From the sequence record LC788710.1: a stretch of DNA of 64,000 nt; one strand, written 5' to 3'. Below the pieces are notes generated by a model that was not told where the DNA came from, searched no databases, and was given only the letters and a program-made list of their open reading frames with translations. Of the stretch, positions 55,844 to 64,000 are shown one piece after another. The first letter of the stretch is position 1. The number at the start of each line of letters is the position of its first letter. The translations under genes were made by a program, and so were the position numbers. The stretch is from Escherichia coli phage Wa28.

Positions 55844-56336
55844 TACTCCTATAATTTTTCTGGATATTGATGGAGTGCTCAATTCGAGCATCTCTCACCA
55901 TCATGCTCCAGATAGTGAAAAGCTATTCTTTGGTAGTGATTGGGTTTATAAGCCCTTACTCCAGGCTTTTCAGAACTTCCTTAAACCTTCTCCAATAATG
56001 ATTGTTGGGGTATCTTCGTGGTTTTCTGTACGAAACGAGATGGAGAACGTCCAGATTATGACCGGACTCGGTTTGATCGATCGTTTTCTTGGTACTACAG
56101 ATTTTACTGGAGGTGGTTTATATCGAGGTAATTCTGTCTTACGTTTCGTAGAAAAACATAAGCTCAAGCATTGGTGCGTCCTAGATGATGCTGGTGCTAT
56201 GATGTACCAATTTCCTACTGTTATTGTAAATGGCAGGAATGGAATAAACCTTCAAGATTTAAATGCTATAAGCTATATGCTGGAATTTAGTCCAGATCTT
56301 GAAATGTGTAAGGCTCTTCAGAAACTTAAGGTATAA
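55797..56336 (+). CDS. HAD-superfamily hydrolase (start uncertain)
   Basis: IIFLDIDGVLN motif I. Confidence 0.55.
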   Translation: MKLKSGRGMLLVEISNTPIIFLDIDGVLNSSISHHHAPDSEKLFFGSDWVYKPLLQAFQNFLKPSPIMIVGVSSWFSVRNEMENVQIMTGLGLIDRFLGTTDFTGGGLYRGNSVLRFVEKHKLKHWCVLDDAGAMMYQFPTVIVNGRNGINLQDLNAISYMLEFSPDLEMCKALQKLKV

Positions 56337-56338
56337 GC

Positions 56339-56767
56339 ATGTTCAATAATATTTTCATGAAAGAGGTAAATCCTATGCTCCTCAACTTCTGGCGTTCTCT
56401 CCCTAATGGTATGTACAATGAAACCATCAATCTGCTTAAGATTTGGTGTGAGAATAACGATATCTTCCTGTCTTTTAAAGGCCCACTAGAGGAAGCTCCG
56501 TGTATTGGAGTTAGCGTGGATTTAGGGGAGGGAGTAGAAGAAATTGTAGACTGGAAAGAACTCGATGAAATGGGTCTGGTTTTTGCCTTGAACCATAAGC
56601 TGTTTATGCCTGCAAATCACCGTCTTATTGTAAACTATCGCACTGGTGAAGCTCCTGCTTTCCAGGTAAATGAACGTGAGGGCTGGTCATATTCGCCCGA
56701 AGAAGTAAATGAGGGGATTCAGAAACTTCGTCGTTTCGGGTATATGATCCCAGGTTTAACTGCTTAA
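56339..56767 (+). CDS. hypothetical protein, paralog A (142 aa)
   Basis: Shares WxELxxMGLxxALN...GExP...PGL pattern with next ORF. Confidence 0.55.
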   Translation: MFNNIFMKEVNPMLLNFWRSLPNGMYNETINLLKIWCENNDIFLSFKGPLEEAPCIGVSVDLGEGVEEIVDWKELDEMGLVFALNHKLFMPANHRLIVNYRTGEAPAFQVNEREGWSYSPEEVNEGIQKLRRFGYMIPGLTA

Positions 56768-56776
56768 GGAGGCAGA

Positions 56777-57172
56777 ATGGAACAAGTATTTTGGCGTCAG
56801 ATAGATCCTAGTTTGGTAGAGCGTGCTGAAGGGCTCCTTGCACGTTGGTGGGGGGTTGACAAGGTTAGTGTAACATTTCCGTTTACTTCTGTAACAGACC
56901 CTAGTGTAGGTGTCTTTGTGGACGAAGATGAAGATGATGGTTGGGAAGCTGACTGGAATGAATTGTCCAGTATGGGCTTGATTGTTGCCCTCAACTTCTC
57001 TATATTCCACCCACGTGGTTTAGCTATTACACGTGATCCCGAAACCGGTGAATCCCCTTATCTTTTGCAAGTAGAAGATGATATTTGGGAGTACACCGAA
57101 GATATTCTCGAAGAAGCTAAAGGTCAATTAAATCGCATTGGGATCTATGTTCCAGGCCTAAATGATGATTGA
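56777..57172 (+). CDS. hypothetical protein, paralog B (131 aa)
   Basis: Tandem paralog of 56339..56767. Confidence 0.55.
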   Translation: MEQVFWRQIDPSLVERAEGLLARWWGVDKVSVTFPFTSVTDPSVGVFVDEDEDDGWEADWNELSSMGLIVALNFSIFHPRGLAITRDPETGESPYLLQVEDDIWEYTEDILEEAKGQLNRIGIYVPGLNDD

Positions 57173-57196
57173 TTTTCATTAGTCCAATCCTGATTA

Positions 57197-57220
57197 CCGA
57201 GTCATTTTGGCTCGGTTTTC
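57197..57220 (+). terminator. rho-independent terminator (CCGAG..CTCGG + TTTT)
   Basis: Hairpin plus T run. Confidence 0.6.
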
Positions 57221-57263
57221 TCTGTGCTCAAAGACACTGATAGCACCTTCGGAAAAATTTTAC

Positions 57264-57292
57264 TTGCAGGATGGTCAAAATCTTGATATAAT
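57264..57292 (+). promoter_or_regulatory. promoter TTGCAG-17-TATAAT
   Basis: Motif read. Confidence 0.55.
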
Positions 57293-57788
57293 ATTTATAT
57301 TGAATTGAGAGACATTAGTAAAAATTGATTTTGCTAATTTTTCTTGTTTACAATCCGCAATACGGAACAGTTAGGCTGCCCCATTAAGGGTTGTTTTAAC
57401 TATTACTAGTGTTTATACTGCATTAGTTAATTATCAATTAAGTGATCTGCGTACCCTGAATTCGGAAAGGTAAATCCAAACCGTGCATATTTAGCTCGTT
57501 ATATAGGCAGAGCTTTATATGGGGGTGCGAACGAAAAGAGCAGCGAATGGTGACACGTCCAGTAGCCACCTACCAATAGGATAGTGAGGGCAATCAGAAT
57601 CGGCTTAGCGGCCAATGACCTAGGTTCTGATCTGGATAAGAGTTAAGAGAGCGCAGCACTGAGGTATGATAACTTATTCATACTGCTTGATGATGATTAA
57701 TGTTTGTGTAAATGGTAGTAATAGTTGTTCTATTCTTTTGAATAGTCCTAAAGAAAGATATTCGAATAACCAACATAGGAGTATTGTT

Positions 57789-60578
57789 GTGTTCTCAATC
57801 CTACAAGGTCACGCAGGATTTTCCAGAGATAAAGCTACTGGCATCTGGAAAGAGATCAAAGTGGAAGATTACACCTTTGCAAAGCGATTCTCTAAAGAGC
57901 ATCCAGAAGGTAAACCAGCTTCCATGCCCTTCAAATTTGATGTACTTGAAGAACTTGACCCGCAAAACCTTGCTGAAATGTTACCTATCATGCGTCGTCT
58001 TACCAAAGACCCGCATATTGTAGCTATTCGTGGTAAATGTTTAGCTCCAAAAGATAATGTGCGTCGTACCAGAGGAAACTTTAACGTATCCAATCCTAGT
58101 CATATTATTGCTATGGACGTGGACGGTATTGTAGATACTGGTGGCTATGACAAGTTTAATCTTGTTGGCATGGCACGTCATATTATTAAGATGTTGAATA
58201 GTATTAGTGAGGATATGTTTCCTCTTGATGCAGGGTTTATTGCTCATGCATCGTCTTCGGCTGGCCTAAAACCAGGTATCCGAATGCACTTAATGCTAGA
58301 ATCTAATGTCAAGGTAACGCAGGGACAATTAAAATTCTTATTTACATCCATCAATGACAGTAGTAAGCAAAAGTATGGCTTTGATATTGCTGACTTAGCT
58401 TATTATTCTTCTGTTCAGCTTCACTATTTCGCAGATCCCTTATTTGATGATGGTATAGTCGATCCGTTTAAAGCGGAGAATAAACCACGTCTTGTGTATG
58501 TTAAGGGTTCGAAAGTGAATCTACCCAATAACCTAGTTGACTTTGAAACAACTAGAGGTGAGTTTAAAGAAGAATTCTACTCCTTACTTGACCAAATTAA
58601 AGGCAAGAAGGCTGCATCTGATAAAGTGGAAGAAACCATCAGCGAACTAGAAGAAGCTGAGGATGGGGTGTACCTGCGTATTATTCCAAAACTTTACCAC
58701 AGAGCGTTAGAAGATGGTGTTGACTTTACATGGTTAGAACGTGAGATTAAACCAGCTTTATCTGAATATATTGCAACTAAAGATAATAGTCGTAATATTC
58801 AAGATTACTTTAATAACGGTCGTAAGCAGGCTCTCAAAGCCTTTGTAAATAACTCCAAACGTGAGATTCCACCCAACTTAAAAGGTGTACCATTAAAACG
58901 TCTGGACACAGATTCTCCACCAGAAGTTCCATACCTGAAAATTAATATTGTACCACCAAAAGGACATTTAACATTTGTTAAGGCAAGTCTTGGTACGGGT
59001 AAAACTACAGCAGTAACTAAGTGGCTAGATGCAGGTGTTCTTCCAGGAAACTTTATTGCAATCACAAATACTAGGGCACTTGTATCTTCTAACGCGAAGA
59101 AATTCGGTGCTGGTCAGTATGATAAGTCAGTTGATATGCTGAACTTCAAACGTGGTGCCATTGATCGTATGTCTTCAACTATTCACTCTATCCATAAGTT
59201 CAAGAGCTTTGTGGGTCAGATTGATACGATCTTTATTGATGAATGTGACGCAGTAATGAATGATCTGTTATTCGCTCCGGTTGTTAAAAATCGTCGTGAA
59301 TGTATTCAGGTTCTTCGTGATATCCTTATTACTGCTAAAACTGTTATCTTATCCGATGGTGATATTAGTGCAGAAACGATTGAAGCCTATGGTTCTTTGA
59401 TTGATTTTGATAAACCAGTCGCATTTTATAATCACCACCGTAAAATGCTGGCGAAAGCTCATGCTTATGAATTCCCTGATGAATCCAGTATTTGGGTTGC
59501 ACTTCAAACATCTTTAGAGATGGGGGGGAAATCAATCCTAGTATCTGACTGTGGCCCGGATGAACTGAATGAGAAGGGAATGGCATTACGTCGTAATACT
59601 GGTGCGTTAGTTAAAGAAATTCACTCAAACTCTACGTCTGATGTAGATATCCGACGTATTCTGGATTATACAACTAATGAGCTAATTGATCAACAGATTG
59701 ATTGTTTATTATGTAGTCCATCTGTAACGAGTGGTGTTGACTTTAACTATTTTGATAACGTATTCGTAATCACTAGAACCTCAAACCAAGCGCCAAACAT
59801 GCGTTTTCAAGCAATCAGGCGCGACCGTGGTGCTCAGAACATTTATTATTTTATTGATAAATCTACGAGTGGATTTTCTGCGGGTTCCGAGCAATATAAT
59901 ATTGACGAAGGTTGGATTGAGTTAGCCCAACAACTGTACGCACGTCGTCGTGAGCTGGAATCTAGAAACTATACCAGTACTTTGCGGTATTATCTTCTCG
60001 ATCAAGGTGCAACTATTGATATTTTCAGTGAAAGCTGGGGAACTATCGAAGGTGCAGGCAAAGAGTATACAGAAGAGCGAATCAAAGCTATTTTGCACTC
60101 AACTCCTGAATATTGCGCACCACGTCATGCAGACGCATATGAAGCTAAATTGCTTCTGGTTCGCTATTATCATCTGGATTCTATCAAAGATGTAACAATG
60201 GAACATGTTGAACAGTATATCAAGGATAAACCGAATGATCGAGCTGCATTTTTCCACAAGATGCACGACATGTTCTGGGAAGATATTAAAAAGTGTTCAA
60301 ACGTAACAATCAAACCGTTTATCGAAGCTCTTAAGAATAAGAAGAAGGATTTCTTCCTTAAGACAGGTCAGAGCGCTAACCCAAAATATGCTCGTATGTA
60401 TCTTGGCATGATGGGTATCGGTAAAGATCTGGATACGGAAAAGATTGTGGACTGGTACAGAACTTACTGTAAGATCGAATGTATGCCGATTCCAGTTAAG
60501 TTTATGACAGACGAAGAACGTCAGATGCACGAGGAAGCTCTTGCTGAATTGGGAGCTAGAAATGACAGTGAAGAATAA
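57789..60578 (+). CDS. large Walker A/B NTPase, putative replication origin-binding / SF2 helicase-like protein
   Basis: GTGKTT Walker A, IFIDECD Walker B; GTG start with TAGGAG SD preferred over track ATG at 57666 (low-complexity N-term). Confidence 0.55.
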   Translation: MFSILQGHAGFSRDKATGIWKEIKVEDYTFAKRFSKEHPEGKPASMPFKFDVLEELDPQNLAEMLPIMRRLTKDPHIVAIRGKCLAPKDNVRRTRGNFNVSNPSHIIAMDVDGIVDTGGYDKFNLVGMARHIIKMLNSISEDMFPLDAGFIAHASSSAGLKPGIRMHLMLESNVKVTQGQLKFLFTSINDSSKQKYGFDIADLAYYSSVQLHYFADPLFDDGIVDPFKAENKPRLVYVKGSKVNLPNNLVDFETTRGEFKEEFYSLLDQIKGKKAASDKVEETISELEEAEDGVYLRIIPKLYHRALEDGVDFTWLEREIKPALSEYIATKDNSRNIQDYFNNGRKQALKAFVNNSKREIPPNLKGVPLKRLDTDSPPEVPYLKINIVPPKGHLTFVKASLGTGKTTAVTKWLDAGVLPGNFIAITNTRALVSSNAKKFGAGQYDKSVDMLNFKRGAIDRMSSTIHSIHKFKSFVGQIDTIFIDECDAVMNDLLFAPVVKNRRECIQVLRDILITAKTVILSDGDISAETIEAYGSLIDFDKPVAFYNHHRKMLAKAHAYEFPDESSIWVALQTSLEMGGKSILVSDCGPDELNEKGMALRRNTGALVKEIHSNSTSDVDIRRILDYTTNELIDQQIDCLLCSPSVTSGVDFNYFDNVFVITRTSNQAPNMRFQAIRRDRGAQNIYYFIDKSTSGFSAGSEQYNIDEGWIELAQQLYARRRELESRNYTSTLRYYLLDQGATIDIFSESWGTIEGAGKEYTEERIKAILHSTPEYCAPRHADAYEAKLLLVRYYHLDSIKDVTMEHVEQYIKDKPNDRAAFFHKMHDMFWEDIKKCSNVTIKPFIEALKNKKKDFFLKTGQSANPKYARMYLGMMGIGKDLDTEKIVDWYRTYCKIECMPIPVKFMTDEERQMHEEALAELGARNDSEE

Positions 60579-60795
60579 AAAGTGGGAAACAAGGAAGTTT
60601 CCAGTAAAAGAACGTAAAACTTCTGTTTACGATACTGCGGAGAAACTATGTAGGGTTGTACCACCTCGTCTCGCTGGCATCCCTAATGTCTCCATATGGT
60701 TACTTAAACAACGGAAGACTCGTGTGTCTCTTCGCATTGGCTTTGAGTTAGATAAAGTCTATGCTGAACTTGCTTCTTTGCTCAAAGAATCATAA
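60562..60795 (+). CDS. hypothetical protein (77 aa)
   Basis: Internal Met overlapping upstream stop. Confidence 0.45.
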   Translation: MTVKNKKWETRKFPVKERKTSVYDTAEKLCRVVPPRLAGIPNVSIWLLKQRKTRVSLRIGFELDKVYAELASLLKES

Positions 60796-60804
60796 AAATT
60801 TTAT

Positions 60805-60833
60805 TTGCTTTCAGGAAAAATTTTCTGTATAAT
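60805..60833 (+). promoter_or_regulatory. promoter TTGCTT-17-TATAAT, near-exact match to classical T5 PN25
   Basis: Sequence CATAAAAATTTTATTTGCTTTCAGGAAAAATTTTCTGTATAATAGATTCATAAATTTGAGAGAGGAG recalled from PN25. Confidence 0.85.
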
Positions 60834-60864
60834 AGATTCATAAATTTGAGAGAGGAGTTTAAAT

Positions 60865-61569
60865 ATGGCTGGTTCTCGTAGAAAGAAACTTATCCATGAA
60901 ATCCCTGATGAAACCTTTAAAAAGGTTATTGAACATCTGGAGAATGGTGGTACTAAGAAAGCAGCATGTGAGATGCTCGGTGTTTCTTCTAACCCAACTA
61001 TGGAACGAATGATCGAGGAATGGAGAGATCGTCAGGTTCAAGTTGCGGAAATGAAAAAGAAGAAGCGCGGAACACTAATTGAAGGTGTTGAGCTTGCAAA
61101 CGTAATTGAACAGTATCTTTCTGGTGATTCTTTTGAAGAAATCGCAGATCGTAACTATCGTTCTGTAGCGATGATTAAATCTGTTCTGGAACGTTATGGT
61201 GCTCTGCTTCGTTTAAACGATATTGTTGATCCATTGAATCCTCCATTGATTCCTGATGATGCAATGGCAGAAGAATTTGAAGTTGGAGAACTTGTTTGGG
61301 TTCCCGGCTACCAGTGTATTGGTGAAATCAAGAAAGCAATGACTAACCCAGTTGGCTGCTACCGTGTTTGGTTGTTATCAGAAGGTAAACAACAGAACGT
61401 TCATTATATGCACTACGAATTAGCTTCTGTTAAACATCTGGAAAAGCTGGGAGTTAATGTTAAAGCTCTGGGCTTTAAATGGAGCCGTGAAGAAGTTATC
61501 ACGTTGGTTAATGAAGCTGTTAAAGCCGCCCTGAAACTCGATAAAGAGAAAGGAAAACGTCGTGAGTAA
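60865..61569 (+). CDS. HTH DNA-binding protein (234 aa)
   Basis: N-terminal GGTKKAACEMLGVSSNPTMERMIEEW helix-turn-helix-like. Confidence 0.55.
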   Translation: MAGSRRKKLIHEIPDETFKKVIEHLENGGTKKAACEMLGVSSNPTMERMIEEWRDRQVQVAEMKKKKRGTLIEGVELANVIEQYLSGDSFEEIADRNYRSVAMIKSVLERYGALLRLNDIVDPLNPPLIPDDAMAEEFEVGELVWVPGYQCIGEIKKAMTNPVGCYRVWLLSEGKQQNVHYMHYELASVKHLEKLGVNVKALGFKWSREEVITLVNEAVKAALKLDKEKGKRRE

Positions 61570-61795
61570 ACTAACTGATCTGTTAAAAGCTGGAGACGTG
61601 AAATATCTCCAGCGAGATAGCTGGAAGAACACCCGAGACTTTACATTCTTGTTAAAATTTGATGTAGATAGTGACACTGTTAAGCTATATGAGTGGCCTA
61701 GTATACACTGCGTACGCCCGATAGTAACAGTAGTTAATCTTAGTCTAGAAGAAGCTCTGGCCGACGATTGGGAGATCGTTGAACTAGATGTGTAG
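61562..61795 (+). CDS. hypothetical protein (77 aa)
   Basis: ORF overlapping upstream stop. Confidence 0.45.
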   Translation: MSKLTDLLKAGDVKYLQRDSWKNTRDFTFLLKFDVDSDTVKLYEWPSIHCVRPIVTVVNLSLEEALADDWEIVELDV

Positions 61796-61814
61796 CAGTT
61801 ACTGAAAAATTTCA

Positions 61815-61843
61815 GTTGCTTAATCCTGTAATTCTTGATATAA
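61815..61843 (+). promoter_or_regulatory. early promoter TTGCTT-17-TATAAT
   Basis: Motif read. Confidence 0.7.
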
Positions 61844-61902
61844 TATTCTCATAGTTTGAAAGAACTATTCTGTTTAATTCTTAATTAAGGAAATCGAAAA
61901 AT

Positions 61903-62313
61903 ATGACTACTCCAACTCAGTGGACTGATGAACTGTTCGAAAAAATGTCTTCCGACTACGTTGCTCGTATGGAGCAATTCCCAGAAGACGAGCGTCCGGG
62001 CGTTAGCATGGAAATTGTTAGCGAAATTGCTCAGGAAAATGGTGTAACTCCGAACGGTTTCCGTATGAAGCTGACCAAAGCAGGTCTGTATATCAAGAAA
62101 GCTGCTGGCTCTACTTCTAAATCAAGCGCATCTACTGGAGAAAAAGCTTCTGGTGGTTCTCGTACTTCCAAAGCTCAGGCTCACTCCGATCTTCGCTCTG
62201 CATTCTCTGATGCTGGCTTAGCACCGGACTTCCTGGACGACGCAATCATCGACAAGCTGACCGGTAAAGCAGCTGCTCATCTGGCAGAAGCTATCCGAGC
62301 TATCACTAAGTAA
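61903..62313 (+). CDS. hypothetical protein (136 aa)
   Basis: ORF. Confidence 0.55.
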   Translation: MTTPTQWTDELFEKMSSDYVARMEQFPEDERPGVSMEIVSEIAQENGVTPNGFRMKLTKAGLYIKKAAGSTSKSSASTGEKASGGSRTSKAQAHSDLRSAFSDAGLAPDFLDDAIIDKLTGKAAAHLAEAIRAITK

Positions 62314-62349
62314 TTCTTAGATAAATCCACCAACACAAGGAATACAGTT

Positions 62350-62646
62350 ATGAATAAAGCTGAAATTATTGCTCAATGCGAAAAATTTGGTGAGTTTTAT
62401 CTTCATTACGAAAAACTTCGTCAGAAAGGAACCACGTACCTTCAGGGTACGATGGAGTTTGATCCAGCTCAGGATAAATACCTGGCTGAGCGTATTAAAC
62501 GTGAGCGCATCCGTAAGCCGAAAGAAGATGAAATCCTCGTTTTCTCTCGTACTAACGATAGCTTCCGTTTCATTCCTGTTGCGAAAGTTCGCCGTGTGAC
62601 GAGCCTCCAGTCAGAGTTAGATCGTGCTTCTCCAGTAGGCCGATAA
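62350..62646 (+). CDS. hypothetical protein (98 aa)
   Basis: ORF with AAGGAA SD. Confidence 0.5.
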   Translation: MNKAEIIAQCEKFGEFYLHYEKLRQKGTTYLQGTMEFDPAQDKYLAERIKRERIRKPKEDEILVFSRTNDSFRFIPVAKVRRVTSLQSELDRASPVGR

Positions 62647-62656
62647 GAAACCAATT

Positions 62657-62680
62657 AGCCCCTATATGGGGCTTTTTGTG
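62657..62680 (+). terminator. rho-independent terminator (AGCCCCTATATGGGGCT + TTTT)
   Basis: Hairpin plus T run. Confidence 0.7.
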
Positions 62681-62696
62681 TATTTGGGATATGTAA

Positions 62697-63005
62697 ATGA
62701 GCGATCAGGTAAATCAAAACTATGAAGGACACATTGACGACCAGTCCATCATGCTTTGGGAGAAGGACGGGGAACAAGTAAGACTAACCGTATCTGAATT
62801 TCGTGGGAATCTATACATGGGAATTCGTTACTGGCTCCAAGATATTACTGGAGAGTGGTTTCCAACGAAATCCGGCTTCTCTTTTCCTTATACCCTAGAA
62901 ACTACATCACAGCTATTTTACGCTTTTACGCAAATCCTCAGTGAATCCGAGGTCTTGCATGAAATACAGAAACGAGCTGAAGAACTCAAAGCCAAGAATG
63001 CCTAG
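62697..63005 (+). CDS. hypothetical protein (102 aa)
   Basis: ORF. Confidence 0.5.
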   Translation: MSDQVNQNYEGHIDDQSIMLWEKDGEQVRLTVSEFRGNLYMGIRYWLQDITGEWFPTKSGFSFPYTLETTSQLFYAFTQILSESEVLHEIQKRAEELKAKNA

Positions 63006-63032
63006 TTCTTGGCTTTTTCTTTATAAATGTAC

Positions 63033-63061
63033 TTGCTTTCGACTCAGTTTTGTTATATAAT
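63033..63061 (+). promoter_or_regulatory. early promoter TTGCTT-17-TATAAT
   Basis: Motif read. Confidence 0.7.
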
Positions 63062-63093
63062 ATTTATATAAATTGATGAGAGATATAAATAAA

Positions 63094-64000
63094 TGACTAA
63101 TGTAAAAGAATTTATTAAACGCTGTCAAGAAGCATATTATCAAGGTATGTCTTTAATCTCTGACGAAGAATATGATCGTCTGATTAAAAGATTCCCACTA
63201 GAGGAAGAAATCGGACCGAAAGGTGATATTCCTCATTTGTATCGTATGTATTCTTTGCAGAAAGTCTATTACGGTCGCGGTGATAAAGCTCCATTCAATC
63301 CATTAGGTCAGGTTGAAACTGATAAGTTAGATGGTTGTGCGATTTCTCTATTATATATTAATGGTGAATTTGTTCAAGCGTTAACTCGTGGTAACGGTAT
63401 TCTAGGGAATGATGTAACGCATAATGTTAAAATGCTGAACATCCCCAAAACTATTTCCCAAAAAGTACCAACTCAAATCACTGGTGAAGTTCTCATTACT
63501 AAAGAAGTAGAGAACAAACGTAACTACGCTTCGGGTGCTATTAACCTGAAAGACAGCGATGATTTCATCCAACGTATTGGTGAAGGTGGTTTAATCTTCG
63601 TTGCATACGGTATCCAGTGTTCAGCGGAAACAGTCGGTATTACAGAAGCCTATTTAAAAGATATGCTTTGGCTAGAGAATGAGAACTTCTTGACAGTTGT
63701 TAATGTTCGTTCCTTCTTTAAATGGATTCCGACAGATGGTAAAGTTGTTCGCATTAACGACAACAATAAATTCTTCCGTGAAGGTTGGACTAATAAATTT
63801 CCTCGTGGTGCATTTGCTATTAAAGAGGATGAAGAAGGCGAAATTACCACACTTGTTAAAGTTGAATGGCAAGTAGGGGCTTCTGGTAAAGTAACTCCAG
63901 TTGGTTATTTCGAACCGGTGATTATTGATGATGCCACAATCGTTAAAGCAACTCTTAATAACGTTGATTATATTAACGCTCTCGATTTAGAGATCGGTTG
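63094..64000 (+). CDS. ligA: NAD-dependent DNA ligase, N-terminal part (runs off window)
   Basis: Adenylation-site motif KLDGCAISLLY (KxDG) as in LigA-type ligases. Confidence 0.7.

Noticed and set aside
57666-57788. ATG at 57666 as start of the large NTPase gene
   Set aside because: Would add a low-complexity Cys/Asn-rich N-terminus with no ribosome-binding site; GTG at 57789 has a TAGGAG Shine-Dalgarno.

Overview
This window reads as the pre-early/early region of a T5-like lytic coliphage (Tequintavirus-type). The basis is a 137-aa L-alanyl-D-glutamate peptidase endolysin, two T5orf172-domain proteins, about 28 near-consensus sigma70 promoters (TTGCTT-17 bp-TATAAT) including a near-exact match to the classical T5 PN25 promoter, and a roughly 30-gene tRNA array. 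Layout: (i) 1-4100, a plus-strand cassette of about 9 small unknown genes bracketed by a 100-bp inverted repeat carrying DnaA-box and LexA-box-like sites; (ii) 4100-5580, a gene-free locus packed with direct and palindromic repeats (8 copies of TGTGCRAATCCGAY); (iii) 5588-51692, a long leftward (minus-strand) early gene train with lysis genes, phosphatases, ClpP-like and HslV-like peptidases, dNMP kinase, the tRNA array interleaved with HNH and T5orf172 endonucleases, a PnuC-NadR NAD+ salvage pair, an SPFH protein, RNase H, thymidylate synthase, DHFR, nrdB, an HNH endonuclease, nrdA and phoH; (iv) from 52036, rightward genes: nrdD, a Sir2-like protein, a HAD-like hydrolase, a 930-aa Walker A/B origin-binding/helicase-like protein and the 5' part of an NAD-dependent DNA ligase. 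No rRNA, CRISPR array, integrase or transposase was seen. All calls are from reading the sequence and motif recognition, with no database search; hand-derived coordinates (tRNAs, promoters, terminators, repeats) may be off by 1-3 nt. The most unusual features are the repeat/IR locus at the left end, the NAD+-centred gene set (PnuC, NadR-like, Sir2-like, NAD-ligase), and several long structured non-coding stretches in and beside the tRNA array.
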